Shown here: piece by piece, positions 8,577-18,553 of the stretch
How the letters are laid out: each line of letters opens with the position of its first letter
Position numbering within the stretch: position 1 is the stretch's first letter
Virus record (IMG/VR): IMGVR_UViG_3300020079_000007
Coordinates: 32,001 to 96,000 of that record
Reading direction: 5' to 3' (one strand)
Origin: a virus
Taxonomy: Duplodnaviria > Caudoviricetes
DNA length: 64,000 bases
The notes under the pieces: model-generated
Told to the model about the DNA's origin: nothing
Database searches by the model: none
Seen by the model: the letters and a program-made list of their open reading frames with translations, nothing else
Program-made: the position numbers and the translations under genes

Positions 8577-9284
8577 ATGAATTATCGCAAATTATATATT
8601 AACATTATAACTTATGCAAAATCACAAAACAGATATAAGGGTGATGGCAATTATTATGAGAGTCATCATATTTTGCCAAAATCTTTATTCCCTCTTTGGA
8701 AAAATCGAAAGTCAAATAAAGTTCTATTAACAGCTCGTGAACATTTCTTTTGTCATCAGTTACTAACAAAAATATACCCTTGCAACGAAATGTTTTTTGC
8801 GTGTCACGCTTTTGTTTCAAGACCAAATGCAGATTATAGAATAACTTCAAGAGAATATGAAAGATTAAAAATTGAATTCGTAAAAAGAATGCGTCCCATA
8901 TCTATAGCGTGCAATACGGGTAGAAAGCATACGCCTGAAGCTATAGAAAAAATAAAAGCTGCAAGACTTAGACAAACACTCTTGGGAAGAACAAATAAAG
9001 GATGTAAGTGGTCAGATGAAGCAAAAGCAAATATGAGCAAAATAGCAAAAGCTCGTATGACTCCAGAGCTTAAAGAAATTATCAAAAACAAAACAAGACT
9101 AACTTGCGCTAAAAGAATTCGTAATATAGAAACTGGAAAAGTGTTTGACTGTATAACAGACGTTAAATTATGGCTTGGTAAAAACGTTCAAGTATCAAAT
9201 ATAGTTGGCAGCATAAAAGGAAGAAAACATTACGCATATAAAAACCCAGATACAGGAGAGCCCCTGCACTGGGAGTATTGTTAA
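8577..9284 (+). CDS. HNH homing endonuclease with NUMOD3/NUMOD1
   Basis: MNYRKLY...YYESHHILPKS...LLTAREHFFCH; own ACTAAAT motif inside a TCCTACTA/TAGTAGGA inverted repeat. Confidence 0.85.
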   Translation: MNYRKLYINIITYAKSQNRYKGDGNYYESHHILPKSLFPLWKNRKSNKVLLTAREHFFCHQLLTKIYPCNEMFFACHAFVSRPNADYRITSREYERLKIEFVKRMRPISIACNTGRKHTPEAIEKIKAARLRQTLLGRTNKGCKWSDEAKANMSKIAKARMTPELKEIIKNKTRLTCAKRIRNIETGKVFDCITDVKLWLGKNVQVSNIVGSIKGRKHYAYKNPDTGEPLHWEYC

Positions 9285-10747
9285 GATTCAGAAGATTCTT
9301 CATCTGAAGACCTATCATAAGGCCGACGTGGCTCGCCGTTATCGTTTAAAACTGGGGTCATTTTCATAATGTCTGGGTCAAATAAATACATTCCCAGTGC
9401 ACCTATGCGCCCCTGATTTTGTTTAAGCATATGCATTTCACAGTAGTCTGGAAGGTCTTCCCAAAGTTCTTTGTCTTCGATATAAAGTTCAGCATAATAC
9501 TTTGGTCTGAACAAACCTACAGCCCAACGAACACGCTCAAGAAAGGCACCCGCATTTTTAATTTGATTTCTTACAGGACGGAATCTGTTCAAGTCATCAA
9601 GATCATCAATATGTTGTGCTTCACCTTCACCTTTACGATTCATCTGAAGAACAGCAATGTAGTGGAAGCCAAGTTCCTTTGCCATTGCATTAAGGACGTT
9701 GATTGCAACTTCAATACCCTGTGCAAAGTTCATACCCTTTTCATCAGTAATCATAAACTCTTTAATCATTGAAAGCAAGTCGAATACAACAACCATATAT
9801 TCTTGGCCAATGTCCTGCTGAAATTTTTTAATATCCTGCTTAACCTGTGTTAAAGATATGGAAGCACATTCACTGAAACGGAAGTTTGGATTTTGTTTCA
9901 ATACTGCGAACTGATTTTTGATTTCTTTCTTAACCATCTCAAACATTTCTTTGTCAGGAGGATTGACGATTGTGTCCATATCAATCCCTGTGTTCAAAGC
10001 AATGTCACGGTCAAAAGTATCCATAAGTCCCATTTCCAAAGAGTAATACATTAAAGGAACTCTTGATACCATCATTCTGTTAATCAAGTTCAAACACCAA
10101 GCAGACTTACCCATACCTGTTGCTGCGGCAATCAAACCACCACACCCAGGAGCAGGTCCATACTTTACATACTTATCAAGGATTGGGTCGCCGAACAAAT
10201 ACTGCTTACCGTTCTTACGATCTTCGAAGTTTTCTATATATGTTTTTTCAACATCTTCGAGAGTCATAATACGCTGCTTTCTTGTAATCGGCATCAAATC
10301 ACTTTCGCTTTCATACAAAAGTTTTTTGATTTTTTCGTTTACTTCATCACTGCGAATTGGGTTTTCTGAAACAAGTTTTCTTACTTCATCAAGACGCTTA
10401 AGAGCATTTACAGACATCTTTGTGTCCTGTAACATTTCAACTGCGTCTTTAATAACAACATCTTTATTTGAATTGATACCCGCTATAGCTTTGATAACAT
10501 CAAAAGTAACATTGATGTTTCTTGCTGATGCATCCTGAAATAATGCCTGAGGAGTAAGTGGGATATTATTGTTTGTGAGTTTTTCGATTGAGTCAAAAAT
10601 GTCTTTGTAAGTCTCGTGGACGAACAAGTCTTTTTCAACGCCTGTTACTTGAAAGTTATCTTTATTTACATAAAGGGCGTTAAGCAATCTCATTTCCGCA
10701 ACATTTACGGAAGTCTGCTCATCTAAGTTTTCAACTTTTGAATTCAT
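9281..10747 (-). CDS. dnaB: Replicative DNA helicase, DnaB family
   Basis: AAATGMGKS, YSLEM, VVFDLL, VLQMNR. Confidence 0.9.
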   Translation of the reverse strand: MNSKVENLDEQTSVNVAEMRLLNALYVNKDNFQVTGVEKDLFVHETYKDIFDSIEKLTNNNIPLTPQALFQDASARNINVTFDVIKAIAGINSNKDVVIKDAVEMLQDTKMSVNALKRLDEVRKLVSENPIRSDEVNEKIKKLLYESESDLMPITRKQRIMTLEDVEKTYIENFEDRKNGKQYLFGDPILDKYVKYGPAPGCGGLIAAATGMGKSAWCLNLINRMMVSRVPLMYYSLEMGLMDTFDRDIALNTGIDMDTIVNPPDKEMFEMVKKEIKNQFAVLKQNPNFRFSECASISLTQVKQDIKKFQQDIGQEYMVVVFDLLSMIKEFMITDEKGMNFAQGIEVAINVLNAMAKELGFHYIAVLQMNRKGEGEAQHIDDLDDLNRFRPVRNQIKNAGAFLERVRWAVGLFRPKYYAELYIEDKELWEDLPDYCEMHMLKQNQGRIGALGMYLFDPDIMKMTPVLNDNGEPRRPYDRSSDEESSES

Positions 10748-10767
10748 ATATTTAAATTAACCTCAAA

Positions 10768-11523
10768 TTAGAATAAGCTGCCCGTAAACTCGACAGTTGT
10801 AGATTGCAAATAATTATCCAAGAACTGAAGATAACAATTATGTAACTTAACTTCTCTTTCAACAAAGTCTTGAATTGAATGAGAAAGCCCGTTTGACTCA
10901 ATGTCTTCAATCTTTACATTACTTACAAATAAAATGCCTTTATTCAACTGACCTATTCTTTTACGAATCCAAGAGTCAAGAAAGGACAACATAAAACCAC
11001 TTTTATAAAGTTTCATTTTTTCTTTATCAAATGACTCATCAACAATTATAAGATCAGTATTCTCAAGCTTTTCAATTTTTGCAATTGCTTTTTCTTTTCT
11101 TTCTTCATTGAAGTCTTCAGCATCCATAAGTGTATGTATCAAATCATTCATCAATACATATCTTACTGAAAAGCCTTTTGACAATAAAGACTTACCTACC
11201 CAAGATGCAAGTGTTGACTTTTGTGTACCGTTTGGTCCATACATATAAACCATCAACTTTCTTACTTCAGGATTAAGTTCAAATTGCTTTACATAATTTA
11301 CTAAACGGTCTTTATCCGCTGCGGACTTTGTACCCACATAAGAACGAGGTGAATAGTTGAAGTGGCGCATATCAAATCCGTTATGTTTGTACTGTCTCTC
11401 TAACTGACTTTCTGCAACCCACTTCTTGTGGCAATCACACTCCGTAGCGACCTGAAAGAAACCTGTCGGGTCAGTTTTGTATATGTACCCGTCTTTGCAT
11501 TTACCACAAGATTTAAATTCCAT
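10768..11523 (-). CDS. DnaC/IstB-like helicase loader ATPase
   Basis: N-terminal CGKC...CDC; YGPNGTQKS; LIIVDE; adjacent to dnaB. Confidence 0.75.
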   Translation of the reverse strand: MEFKSCGKCKDGYIYKTDPTGFFQVATECDCHKKWVAESQLERQYKHNGFDMRHFNYSPRSYVGTKSAADKDRLVNYVKQFELNPEVRKLMVYMYGPNGTQKSTLASWVGKSLLSKGFSVRYVLMNDLIHTLMDAEDFNEERKEKAIAKIEKLENTDLIIVDESFDKEKMKLYKSGFMLSFLDSWIRKRIGQLNKGILFVSNVKIEDIESNGLSHSIQDFVEREVKLHNCYLQFLDNYLQSTTVEFTGSLF

Positions 11524-11525
11524 AC

Positions 11526-12350
11526 TTAATTATTCCACCAATTGTTTCTTTTTGCTTCAGAGAAAGCTGTTCTCTCTTCAAAAAGTTTTTTAAGATCATC
11601 ATAATGACGGTCATAAATGTGCATTGAATCTGATGTCCAAATAATTGTACCGACTTCAAGGTCAGGATATGTTTCCTTCAAGTCTTCATACATATTTTGA
11701 TATACAAAACAATTCCAAGAAAGGTCAGAACAAATGAAACCATAACGAACATCGTTACTTCTCATATTGTGAACCATAAACAACCTGTTATCACGAATAA
11801 AGAAATGCGAATACATTGTGCAAATCATATCGTGCATCCCTTCTCTTTTGTAATCTTTATAAATTGAAGGACGGTTGTAAACAATAATTGCATTACGAGT
11901 AGTCTTGTCTTTCTTCAAAACATTCAAACACTCATCATACTGACTTCCATTTTCTTCACTGAAAACACACCAACCATAATTTGAATTAACTTCTTTCTTA
12001 TCATCTTTTGTGCAGCAAGACTGCCAAGTTGGGTTGCTTTCAATCCCTTCGTGTCCTATGATTGATAAGTCCATAGACTTGTACCAATCAAGTTCCGACT
12101 TTACATAATTCTTCGGTGTCTGAAACATTTTGTCGATATAAACATAAGGTGAATATGGGTCAAGCTGAATAGTCTTTGCAAGAAGTTCGGCATAAGAAGA
12201 CTGTCCTTCAACCTGTGAAGCATTTGCACCTGTCTTTACGACATCATCGTTCATAACTTTTCCGTATAAAGGCCAAAGAAGTTCATCTCTAATAACTTCG
12301 TCATTATGACGATTAAGTTCAATAGGCTCTTCTACTTTAAATTTTCTCAT
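11526..12350 (-). CDS. Thymidylate-synthase-fold enzyme, dCMP hydroxymethylase-like (T4 gp42 type)
   Basis: NSNYG, DMICT, MRSNDVRYGFICSD (Asp at the specificity position), SMHIY. Confidence 0.75.
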   Translation of the reverse strand: MRKFKVEEPIELNRHNDEVIRDELLWPLYGKVMNDDVVKTGANASQVEGQSSYAELLAKTIQLDPYSPYVYIDKMFQTPKNYVKSELDWYKSMDLSIIGHEGIESNPTWQSCCTKDDKKEVNSNYGWCVFSEENGSQYDECLNVLKKDKTTRNAIIVYNRPSIYKDYKREGMHDMICTMYSHFFIRDNRLFMVHNMRSNDVRYGFICSDLSWNCFVYQNMYEDLKETYPDLEVGTIIWTSDSMHIYDRHYDDLKKLFEERTAFSEAKRNNWWNN

Positions 12351-12365
12351 ATTGTTATATTAACA

Positions 12366-12403
12366 TAAAAAGGGAGCGGCGTTCGTTTTAAATTGCCGCT
12401 CCC
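12366..12403 (-). terminator. Intrinsic terminator
   Basis: GGGAGCGGC...GCCGCTCCC followed by a T-run. Confidence 0.7.
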
Positions 12404-12435
12404 GATAAGGAGTATGATAAATTTAATTGATTTGC

Positions 12436-13152
12436 TTAGTAGTAGTTTACAAGCTCGCCTTTCAAATATCTGACGTGACGACCTTGAATTGTTCTTGGCT
12501 CGCAAGTCATATAAGCTTCAGTAAAGGTAAACTTACCGACATTTTCTTTGCCGTGATCTTTTGCAAGTTGAGTAAAATACTGTGCAAACTTGTCGTTTAC
12601 AACATAGTTATTACCAACTTCAAAGTCTTTGTCACCGTTCTTGTTGTAATAAGCAGCGACTTTATCTTTTCCTTTGAAAAGGAATGAGTCCTGTCCGAAA
12701 CATTCAACATCAGTTGGGTCACCTACAAACTCGCCTGCTTCATTTTGCTGAACAGGGTCGAACTGAATAAGCTGCAAACCGAAGTTGAACAATTCATCTT
12801 CAGACTTTATATCTTTATCTCTTCCGACTGGGAAGATTATCAAAGAGTCTTCGTAAACCTGTTTAGGTGCATCAGAGTCAGCGCCTTCAATATATCCGCC
12901 TTTTACTGGGATAAAGCTGAACCCGTTATTTTTTACAATGTCTTTGAGCTTTGCAAATCTTGCTCGATTTTCTTCCTCAGAGCATTCGTTTCTGCTTGAT
13001 GAAACAATTACATAAGGAAACTTTTCAAGGTTGTTGAAGACACGGTTAAGAGAACGGCGAGATGCTTCCTTGAAAGAAGTATAGCCATCAAGACGACCGC
13101 TGTAAATTGGCTCTCTTCGAACATCTTCAAACTCTTCAAGTATCTTTTCCAT
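12436..13152 (-). CDS. Conserved large-phage hypothetical protein
   Basis: IVSSSR...EEN..R...L...GF..V.GGY.E...EDSL pattern; late-type motif upstream. Confidence 0.6.
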   Translation of the reverse strand: MEKILEEFEDVRREPIYSGRLDGYTSFKEASRRSLNRVFNNLEKFPYVIVSSSRNECSEEENRARFAKLKDIVKNNGFSFIPVKGGYIEGADSDAPKQVYEDSLIIFPVGRDKDIKSEDELFNFGLQLIQFDPVQQNEAGEFVGDPTDVECFGQDSFLFKGKDKVAAYYNKNGDKDFEVGNNYVVNDKFAQYFTQLAKDHGKENVGKFTFTEAYMTCEPRTIQGRHVRYLKGELVNYY

Positions 13153-13168
13153 ATTTGACTCCTTTTAG

Positions 13169-13486
13169 TTAGTCAATATCACCCCATAATTCAGGATGCT
13201 GCTTCATCATCTTTTTTGCGTTAGGACCCAAACTCCAAAGTCGGGTTTTTTCACTGTACTTCAAAACTCCGATACGTCTAAGATGGGCAAGCTGACAATT
13301 GTTCACACCGTTTACACGACGTACTTGAATCGATCTTTCTTTGGCTCTACTCCAAGCACTTGCCTTTATGTAAGGCTGAACACCCATCTCTTCATTTATC
13401 TGGGCTCGGTTTTGTGGGCCGAGTACATAAATCATATTAACAATTCTGAAAGTAAGCGATGTGCTTTTAATTCTTGGACAAATCAT
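13169..13486 (-). CDS. Putative winged-helix DNA-binding protein
   Basis: Basic; LAHLRRIGVL...WSLG wing. Confidence 0.45.
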   Translation of the reverse strand: MICPRIKSTSLTFRIVNMIYVLGPQNRAQINEEMGVQPYIKASAWSRAKERSIQVRRVNGVNNCQLAHLRRIGVLKYSEKTRLWSLGPNAKKMMKQHPELWGDID

Positions 13487-13497
13487 ATCTTAACTCC

Positions 13498-13788
13498 TTA
13501 TTCTACAATACCGTCTGTCTTGCTGAACTTATTGAATACTCTTGCAACTTTTGTAAGAGCAGCATCAACATTACCGTTGTCAACTCTTACCTGAAGGATT
13601 GCACCCGTGTTTACAAAGCAAACATCAATCGCATCAAACTTTTCCCACTTTTCTTCTGGGATATAATTTCCTTTTTCATCGTAGTTCAAAAACTCAAACT
13701 CGATGTGAATATTAGGAAATCTTGGGTCAACATAAGTATAACCTTCTTTGCGATTTTCAAGATATTTCTTAAGCATTCTTCCTGTCAT
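13498..13788 (-). CDS. Hypothetical early protein
   Basis: Follows an early-class promoter; AGGAG RBS. Confidence 0.6.
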   Translation of the reverse strand: MTGRMLKKYLENRKEGYTYVDPRFPNIHIEFEFLNYDEKGNYIPEEKWEKFDAIDVCFVNTGAILQVRVDNGNVDAALTKVARVFNKFSKTDGIVE

Positions 13789-13886
13789 AATCTGCTCCTT
13801 GTTTTCGATTTACAATAATAATATAAAGCAAAAAGGACGGAAGTTTAATTCCGTCCTAAATATTTTTAAATTATTTTGTAATCAAA

Positions 13887-15386
13887 TTACGCAAAATGCT
13901 TTCCGCAGCAAGGGCAAACCTTGAATGAGTTTGGTGAAAGTTGTCCACAACCACCGTCGGATGAAGGACAATCAAGCAATGCAGGAGCATTCTCTGTCCA
14001 TTCAACGTGGTCGAGTGAACCGTCAGCCTTAAGTACTACGTCTTTGATGTAAGATTTTTCTTCATCAGTAAGTTCAGCGTATCCCTTAAGAACTGCAATC
14101 TTTTCAGCGCTCAAACCTGTTTCTGCTGCAGCAACTCTTCTTACAGGAGCAGCTTCCTGTGCAGGAGCACTTTCCTGAACTGTTTCCATCTTATCGAAAG
14201 AAGGAACATCAGCAGGATTGTCTACTGGGATGTCAGTAGCTTCAACTTCAACCTTTGCAGATTCTGCAACAGTTGACTCTGCAGCCTTTTCATCTTTCTT
14301 AGGATGTTCAGCCTTCCACTTTGCTGACTCTTCAGCAACAAGACTCTCCAACTGCTTTGCATAGTCTGTATCGAAAGCAAGGTCAATCTTCTGAATTGAT
14401 TTGAACAAATGCTTCTTAATTGTGAAGTAAGAAGTTGGCTGGAAGTTCTTGTCAAGGTCATAACGCTGATATGACAACTCTTCATCAGTCAAATCATTTT
14501 CAAAAGAAATGTATTTATACTCTGATGCATCAATACCCATTGACTTATCGAAGCCGGCTTTAACTGCTTCAGGTGTTGCAGAAACTGTACCATTGAAGAG
14601 GTTGTTTACTGTATCAGTACCGTCACCTGTTCTTGTGATAACAACATCGAAGTGTTCCCAACCTACCTTAAAGTTCTTACGAAGCTGTGTAAGTGGACCG
14701 AAGAATCCGTATGCAGGTACACCCTTTTCAGCATACTCTGTTGGCTTTCCGTCTTTTGTCACACCTTCCTTTACGCTCTTTGAAAGAAGCTTTGTGTGTT
14801 TGTTTGTTTTACACCAATCGTCGCGGCGGTCAATACAGTTGATAAGCAACATCTCAGGAGCTTTCCAACCACGAGCACACTTATAAGGCCATTCACCATC
14901 TGCAGAAGTATAACCACCCTTCTTAATCATTTCATAGATTTCAGGCTGATCTTCTGCGTGGATTTCAACGCCCTTCTTCTTTCCTGTCTTAGGGTCCTTA
15001 ATCCATTCTTTCTCAAGAACCTTATCAACGATACGCCAAATCAAATGGTCTGTCTCTGGGTCATCGCCACGAAGTGGGAGATAAAGATAGAAAGGTTTAC
15101 CATCATCACCTTTGATTTTTGAGATGTGCATAAACTTCATATCTGTTGGATTTTTGCGGTGGGCGAGAGGATCTTCCTCAACGAAGTTTCCTACGAAACG
15201 AACGATTGTAGGATGCTCTTTTGACAAGCCGACATACTTGATGTCGTCGTAATCGTTGCTGTAATTTTCAGCAGCTTCTTTTGCAGCTTTCTTATCAGCG
15301 GCTTTCTTTTCTTCGCTGCTAAGCCATTCATTGAATGCGTCATCGTCTTCTGATGATGCTCTTGAGTACATTACTTCATCACTCAT
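13887..15386 (-). CDS. ssDNA-binding protein (gp32-like) with C-terminal Zn ribbon
   Basis: IVRF, INCIDR, FDVVITRTG; acidic/Ala-rich linker; CP..C...CPCC; high-expression codon bias. Confidence 0.55.
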   Translation of the reverse strand: MSDEVMYSRASSEDDDAFNEWLSSEEKKAADKKAAKEAAENYSNDYDDIKYVGLSKEHPTIVRFVGNFVEEDPLAHRKNPTDMKFMHISKIKGDDGKPFYLYLPLRGDDPETDHLIWRIVDKVLEKEWIKDPKTGKKKGVEIHAEDQPEIYEMIKKGGYTSADGEWPYKCARGWKAPEMLLINCIDRRDDWCKTNKHTKLLSKSVKEGVTKDGKPTEYAEKGVPAYGFFGPLTQLRKNFKVGWEHFDVVITRTGDGTDTVNNLFNGTVSATPEAVKAGFDKSMGIDASEYKYISFENDLTDEELSYQRYDLDKNFQPTSYFTIKKHLFKSIQKIDLAFDTDYAKQLESLVAEESAKWKAEHPKKDEKAAESTVAESAKVEVEATDIPVDNPADVPSFDKMETVQESAPAQEAAPVRRVAAAETGLSAEKIAVLKGYAELTDEEKSYIKDVVLKADGSLDHVEWTENAPALLDCPSSDGGCGQLSPNSFKVCPCCGKHFA

Positions 15387-15492
15387 TTGTTTCTCCTATA
15401 GCTCTTTGAGCTCTTAATTTATTTTAAACCTCATTGAGGTTATTTACTTAAATAATATTAACACTTTGTGCTGTTGCATAATTAGTGGCATA

Positions 15493-16167
15493 TTAAATTT
15501 TGTAAACCTCAATACCGAAATCCTGCAAGTTCTTTGCACCGTCTGGCATTCGGTCATAAGCTTCGGCGTAAAAAACTTTCTTTATATCTGATTGTGCAAT
15601 CATCTTTGCGCACCCTGGGCAAGGACAAGTTGAACAATAAAGTTCCAAATTTTCATAACTGTCGATTGATGTGTTGCGGCCAAGTTCAAGTACAGCATTC
15701 ATCTCGGCGTGAACTTCATAAGCTTCAGAGAACTGATGATGTCTTGTACTGTAATCTTTTGTAAGACGATCTTTTACTGTAAATACTTCATCACAATTCT
15801 TGAAACCTTTAGGCGTACCGTTTACACCTGTTGAAATTATACGATTATTCTTTACAATAAGACAACATACCTTGAGGCGAGTACAATGTGACATAGCTTT
15901 CAAAGACTGTGTTGTATCAATAAAAGCTTTCTTAATTCGCCAATCGAAAGAAGCCTGCTGAATACCTGACTCATTAAGATGAACACAAGTAATTGCTGCT
16001 TCTGGGTAATCTTTTGCAATATTGATTAAGAAGGGGTTTTGAAAGTCGACTGGAAAGTCTGACTTTACCTGATAAGTGAAGGCAACTGGGTTTTCTTTTA
16101 TTGACTGATCTTTCAATAATTCCTCAGTACCATCTGCATAAGTGACATAGAGATTTTTCTCCACCAT
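15493..16167 (-). CDS. dCMP deaminase
   Basis: SHCTRLKV, GVNGTP, HAEMNA, PCPGC. Confidence 0.9.
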   Translation of the reverse strand: MVEKNLYVTYADGTEELLKDQSIKENPVAFTYQVKSDFPVDFQNPFLINIAKDYPEAAITCVHLNESGIQQASFDWRIKKAFIDTTQSLKAMSHCTRLKVCCLIVKNNRIISTGVNGTPKGFKNCDEVFTVKDRLTKDYSTRHHQFSEAYEVHAEMNAVLELGRNTSIDSYENLELYCSTCPCPGCAKMIAQSDIKKVFYAEAYDRMPDGAKNLQDFGIEVYKI

Positions 16168-16177
16168 TAAATGTCTC

Positions 16178-16390
16178 CTATTTTATATCTTTAAGTTTTG
16201 TTGTTTTTATATTAACAAGTCCTGCAAGTCCAGCAAGTGACTTTCTTGTCCATATTTTACCTTTTTTATCCTGTGCGGCATAAAAAGTTGAACCCATAAC
16301 TGTAAACTTGAACAAAGTTGGATAATCTTCATTTCCGTCAATCTGTTTGAAATTTGTCCACGCTTTTGAAATTTCTTCTGGCTTAAGCAT
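16178..16390 (-). CDS. Hypothetical protein
   Basis: Coupled ORF. Confidence 0.5.
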   Translation of the reverse strand: MLKPEEISKAWTNFKQIDGNEDYPTLFKFTVMGSTFYAAQDKKGKIWTRKSLAGLAGLVNIKTTKLKDIK

Positions 16391-16937
16391 TTACAAGTGC
16401 CTCTTGAATACCCTGTGAACCGATGATACGACCTACAATGTTATCATAACCTTCTTTTGTCCCGTCATAAGTATCATATTCATATTTGTTTGCATCAAGA
16501 AATTCTTTTACTTCAGTATCAATACCTTTTGCTTCGTCCTCTGTTTGAAAACGGCCATTTGCATTGTAAGGCTTTATTCTCTTTAAGAAAATGTTACAAT
16601 TTGCATCACCATACTTGTTGAACTCTTCTTTGATTGCTTCTTTCAATTTTGGAGATGTTTCTGGCGCATACAAGGCACCAAGCAAAATTGGTGAGTCGGT
16701 AATAATTACATCAACTTTACCAAAGCAACGACTGATTTTGAAAGCCTGTTTGCCTGTTACATAAAACTGATTTTTGAATACTTCAGAATTGTCTTCCCAA
16801 ACTTTGTCTTTTGCAAACTCTGAAACATATTCACAGTCAATTCCTGCAAGCTTCAACTGTGAAAATATATAAGCTGCTCCTGTTGACTTTCCCATCCCTG
16901 GGCCACCAAAAAGATTTATAATGATTGTGTTTTTCAT
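16383..16937 (-). CDS. NadR/AAA_28-like P-loop kinase
   Basis: INLFGGPGMGKST, EFAK, ITDSP, GRFQ. Confidence 0.8.
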   Translation of the reverse strand: MKNTIIINLFGGPGMGKSTGAAYIFSQLKLAGIDCEYVSEFAKDKVWEDNSEVFKNQFYVTGKQAFKISRCFGKVDVIITDSPILLGALYAPETSPKLKEAIKEEFNKYGDANCNIFLKRIKPYNANGRFQTEDEAKGIDTEVKEFLDANKYEYDTYDGTKEGYDNIVGRIIGSQGIQEALVNA

Positions 16938-16968
16938 ATAATTAAATTAACACAATTTTATCTCAAAA

Positions 16969-17027
16969 CGAATTTTTGAACTATAATGGAGGGAATAAAA
17001 AAAGAGAAAAAATAAGAGTAAATTTAT
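16969..17027 (+). repeat. Dispersed intergenic repeat, copy 2; its last bases TTTAT are the IS target motif
   Basis: CGAATTTTTGAACTATAATGGAGGG core. Confidence 0.85.
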
Positions 17028-18540
17028 AGAAATTGAGCCAGAAAATTGCCACATCTTTAGTGTGGCAAATGAATGGCTCTAATATAATCTTTCTAAAGAA
17101 AAGATACTAATTATGTAGTAACGAAAAAAGGAAGTACTAGCAATACTTCCCTTCTTCTAAACAAACACAATTAATAAGGAATTGCGAATGTCTGATAAAT
17201 TAGTCGTATTTCACGAAGTACAACATAAAGTTCTCAAAATAAGAATCTATCCAAATCAAGACCAGACTATTCTCATCAATAAGACATTCGGTAGTTGTCG
17301 TAAACTCTATAATGAACATTTGCAAGAAAGAAACGAATTTTACATAGACAACATTCTACCAATTCCTAAAGAAGAAAGAAAAGCTAAATCAAAAGAAATC
17401 TACAAAAACTTCAAGCCTAAAACAGAAAAAGAATGGAAAATCATATATCCTTATATGAAAGAAGTTTCTTCTTGTGCATTGCAGCAAGCAAGAATGGATT
17501 GTGACCAAGCTTTTGTAAACTTTTTCAAATCAAATAATGGCTCAAGAAAAGGAAAATCTGGATTTCCAAAGTTCAAATCAAAACATAATAACAAACAATC
17601 TTACCGTGAAGTAATGGTCTCAGACAATAACTTCTACTTTGAAGAACGAAAAGTGAAATTGCCAAAAGTTGGATTAGTTTCATTCAAAGACAGAAAATTT
17701 CCTACTTGGTGGAACAGAAAGACAAAACTATGCTCAATGACTATCGAAAAAAACTGCTCAAATCAATACTTTGTAGCAGTCTTGTTTGAAGTACAAAAAG
17801 CAGTTCACAAAATAGATAACAGAAAAGACTCGATTGGTATGGACTTTAGTCCTGCGGAAATGTACATAAATTCAGATGGGAAATCTGGAAAAGATTTTGG
17901 ATATGTAGCACAAAAACAAGCACATCATAAACAATTACGAAAACTTTCAAGACGATTAGCTAAAAAGCAAAAAGGCTCAAATAATCGAAACAAGGCGAGA
18001 ATCAAGCTTGCAAGATTAGAAGAGCATATTGTCAATAGCAGAAAAGATTGGATTGAAAAAGAGTCATTACGATTAGTTCGTTCTTATGAAAAAGTTGTTG
18101 TTGAAGATTTGAACTTGAAAGGAATAAGCAAATTCCTAAGAAACGCCAAGAATATGAATGACACTTCTTGGGGAATGTTTGTTTCAAGACTCCAAGCAAA
18201 AGGTGAAGACAATAACTGCAAAGTCATAAAAGCTGACAGGTATTTTCCTTCTAGCAAATTGTGTTCAAAATGTGGTTGGAAATATGAAAATCTTACTTTG
18301 GACATAAGAAAATGGACTTGTTGTAATTGTGGAACACATCACATTCGTGATGTAAATGCCGCAATCAATTTGAAAAACTATGTACCGATGGAAGGTCGGG
18401 AACTTACGCCTGTGGAGAGTGATAAGGTCAAAAGCTTAGCGTTGCTTGCTTTGCAAGTTGGCTCACTCAATGAAGCAGGAAGCACTACAGGCGACTCGGT
18501 GCAAGAATGTGCTAAGGCTTTAGCTTAGCACAGGCTTCAA
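17028..18540 (+). mobile_element. IS200/IS605-family (IS1341-type, tnpB-only) element
   Basis: Left-end hairpin TTGCCACA-TCTTTAG-TGTGGCAA after TTTAT; right-end hairpin TGTGCTAAG-GCTTTAG-CTTAGCACA ending TTCAA. Confidence 0.85.
17188..18528 (+). CDS. tnpB: RNA-guided endonuclease TnpB
   Basis: KIRIYPN HTH, FPKFK, RuvC GMD / VEDL / RDVNAAIN all intact, CSKC..CCNC zinc finger. Confidence 0.95.
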   Translation: MSDKLVVFHEVQHKVLKIRIYPNQDQTILINKTFGSCRKLYNEHLQERNEFYIDNILPIPKEERKAKSKEIYKNFKPKTEKEWKIIYPYMKEVSSCALQQARMDCDQAFVNFFKSNNGSRKGKSGFPKFKSKHNNKQSYREVMVSDNNFYFEERKVKLPKVGLVSFKDRKFPTWWNRKTKLCSMTIEKNCSNQYFVAVLFEVQKAVHKIDNRKDSIGMDFSPAEMYINSDGKSGKDFGYVAQKQAHHKQLRKLSRRLAKKQKGSNNRNKARIKLARLEEHIVNSRKDWIEKESLRLVRSYEKVVVEDLNLKGISKFLRNAKNMNDTSWGMFVSRLQAKGEDNNCKVIKADRYFPSSKLCSKCGWKYENLTLDIRKWTCCNCGTHHIRDVNAAINLKNYVPMEGRELTPVESDKVKSLALLALQVGSLNEAGSTTGDSVQECAKALA

Positions 18541-18553
18541 TTACTAAATTTAT

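Noticed and set aside
17188-18528. TldR-type nuclease-dead repressor partnering the phage flagellin
   Set aside because: All three RuvC acidic residues are present, transposon ends are intact, it lies 35 kb from flaB, and its guide matches its own flank.
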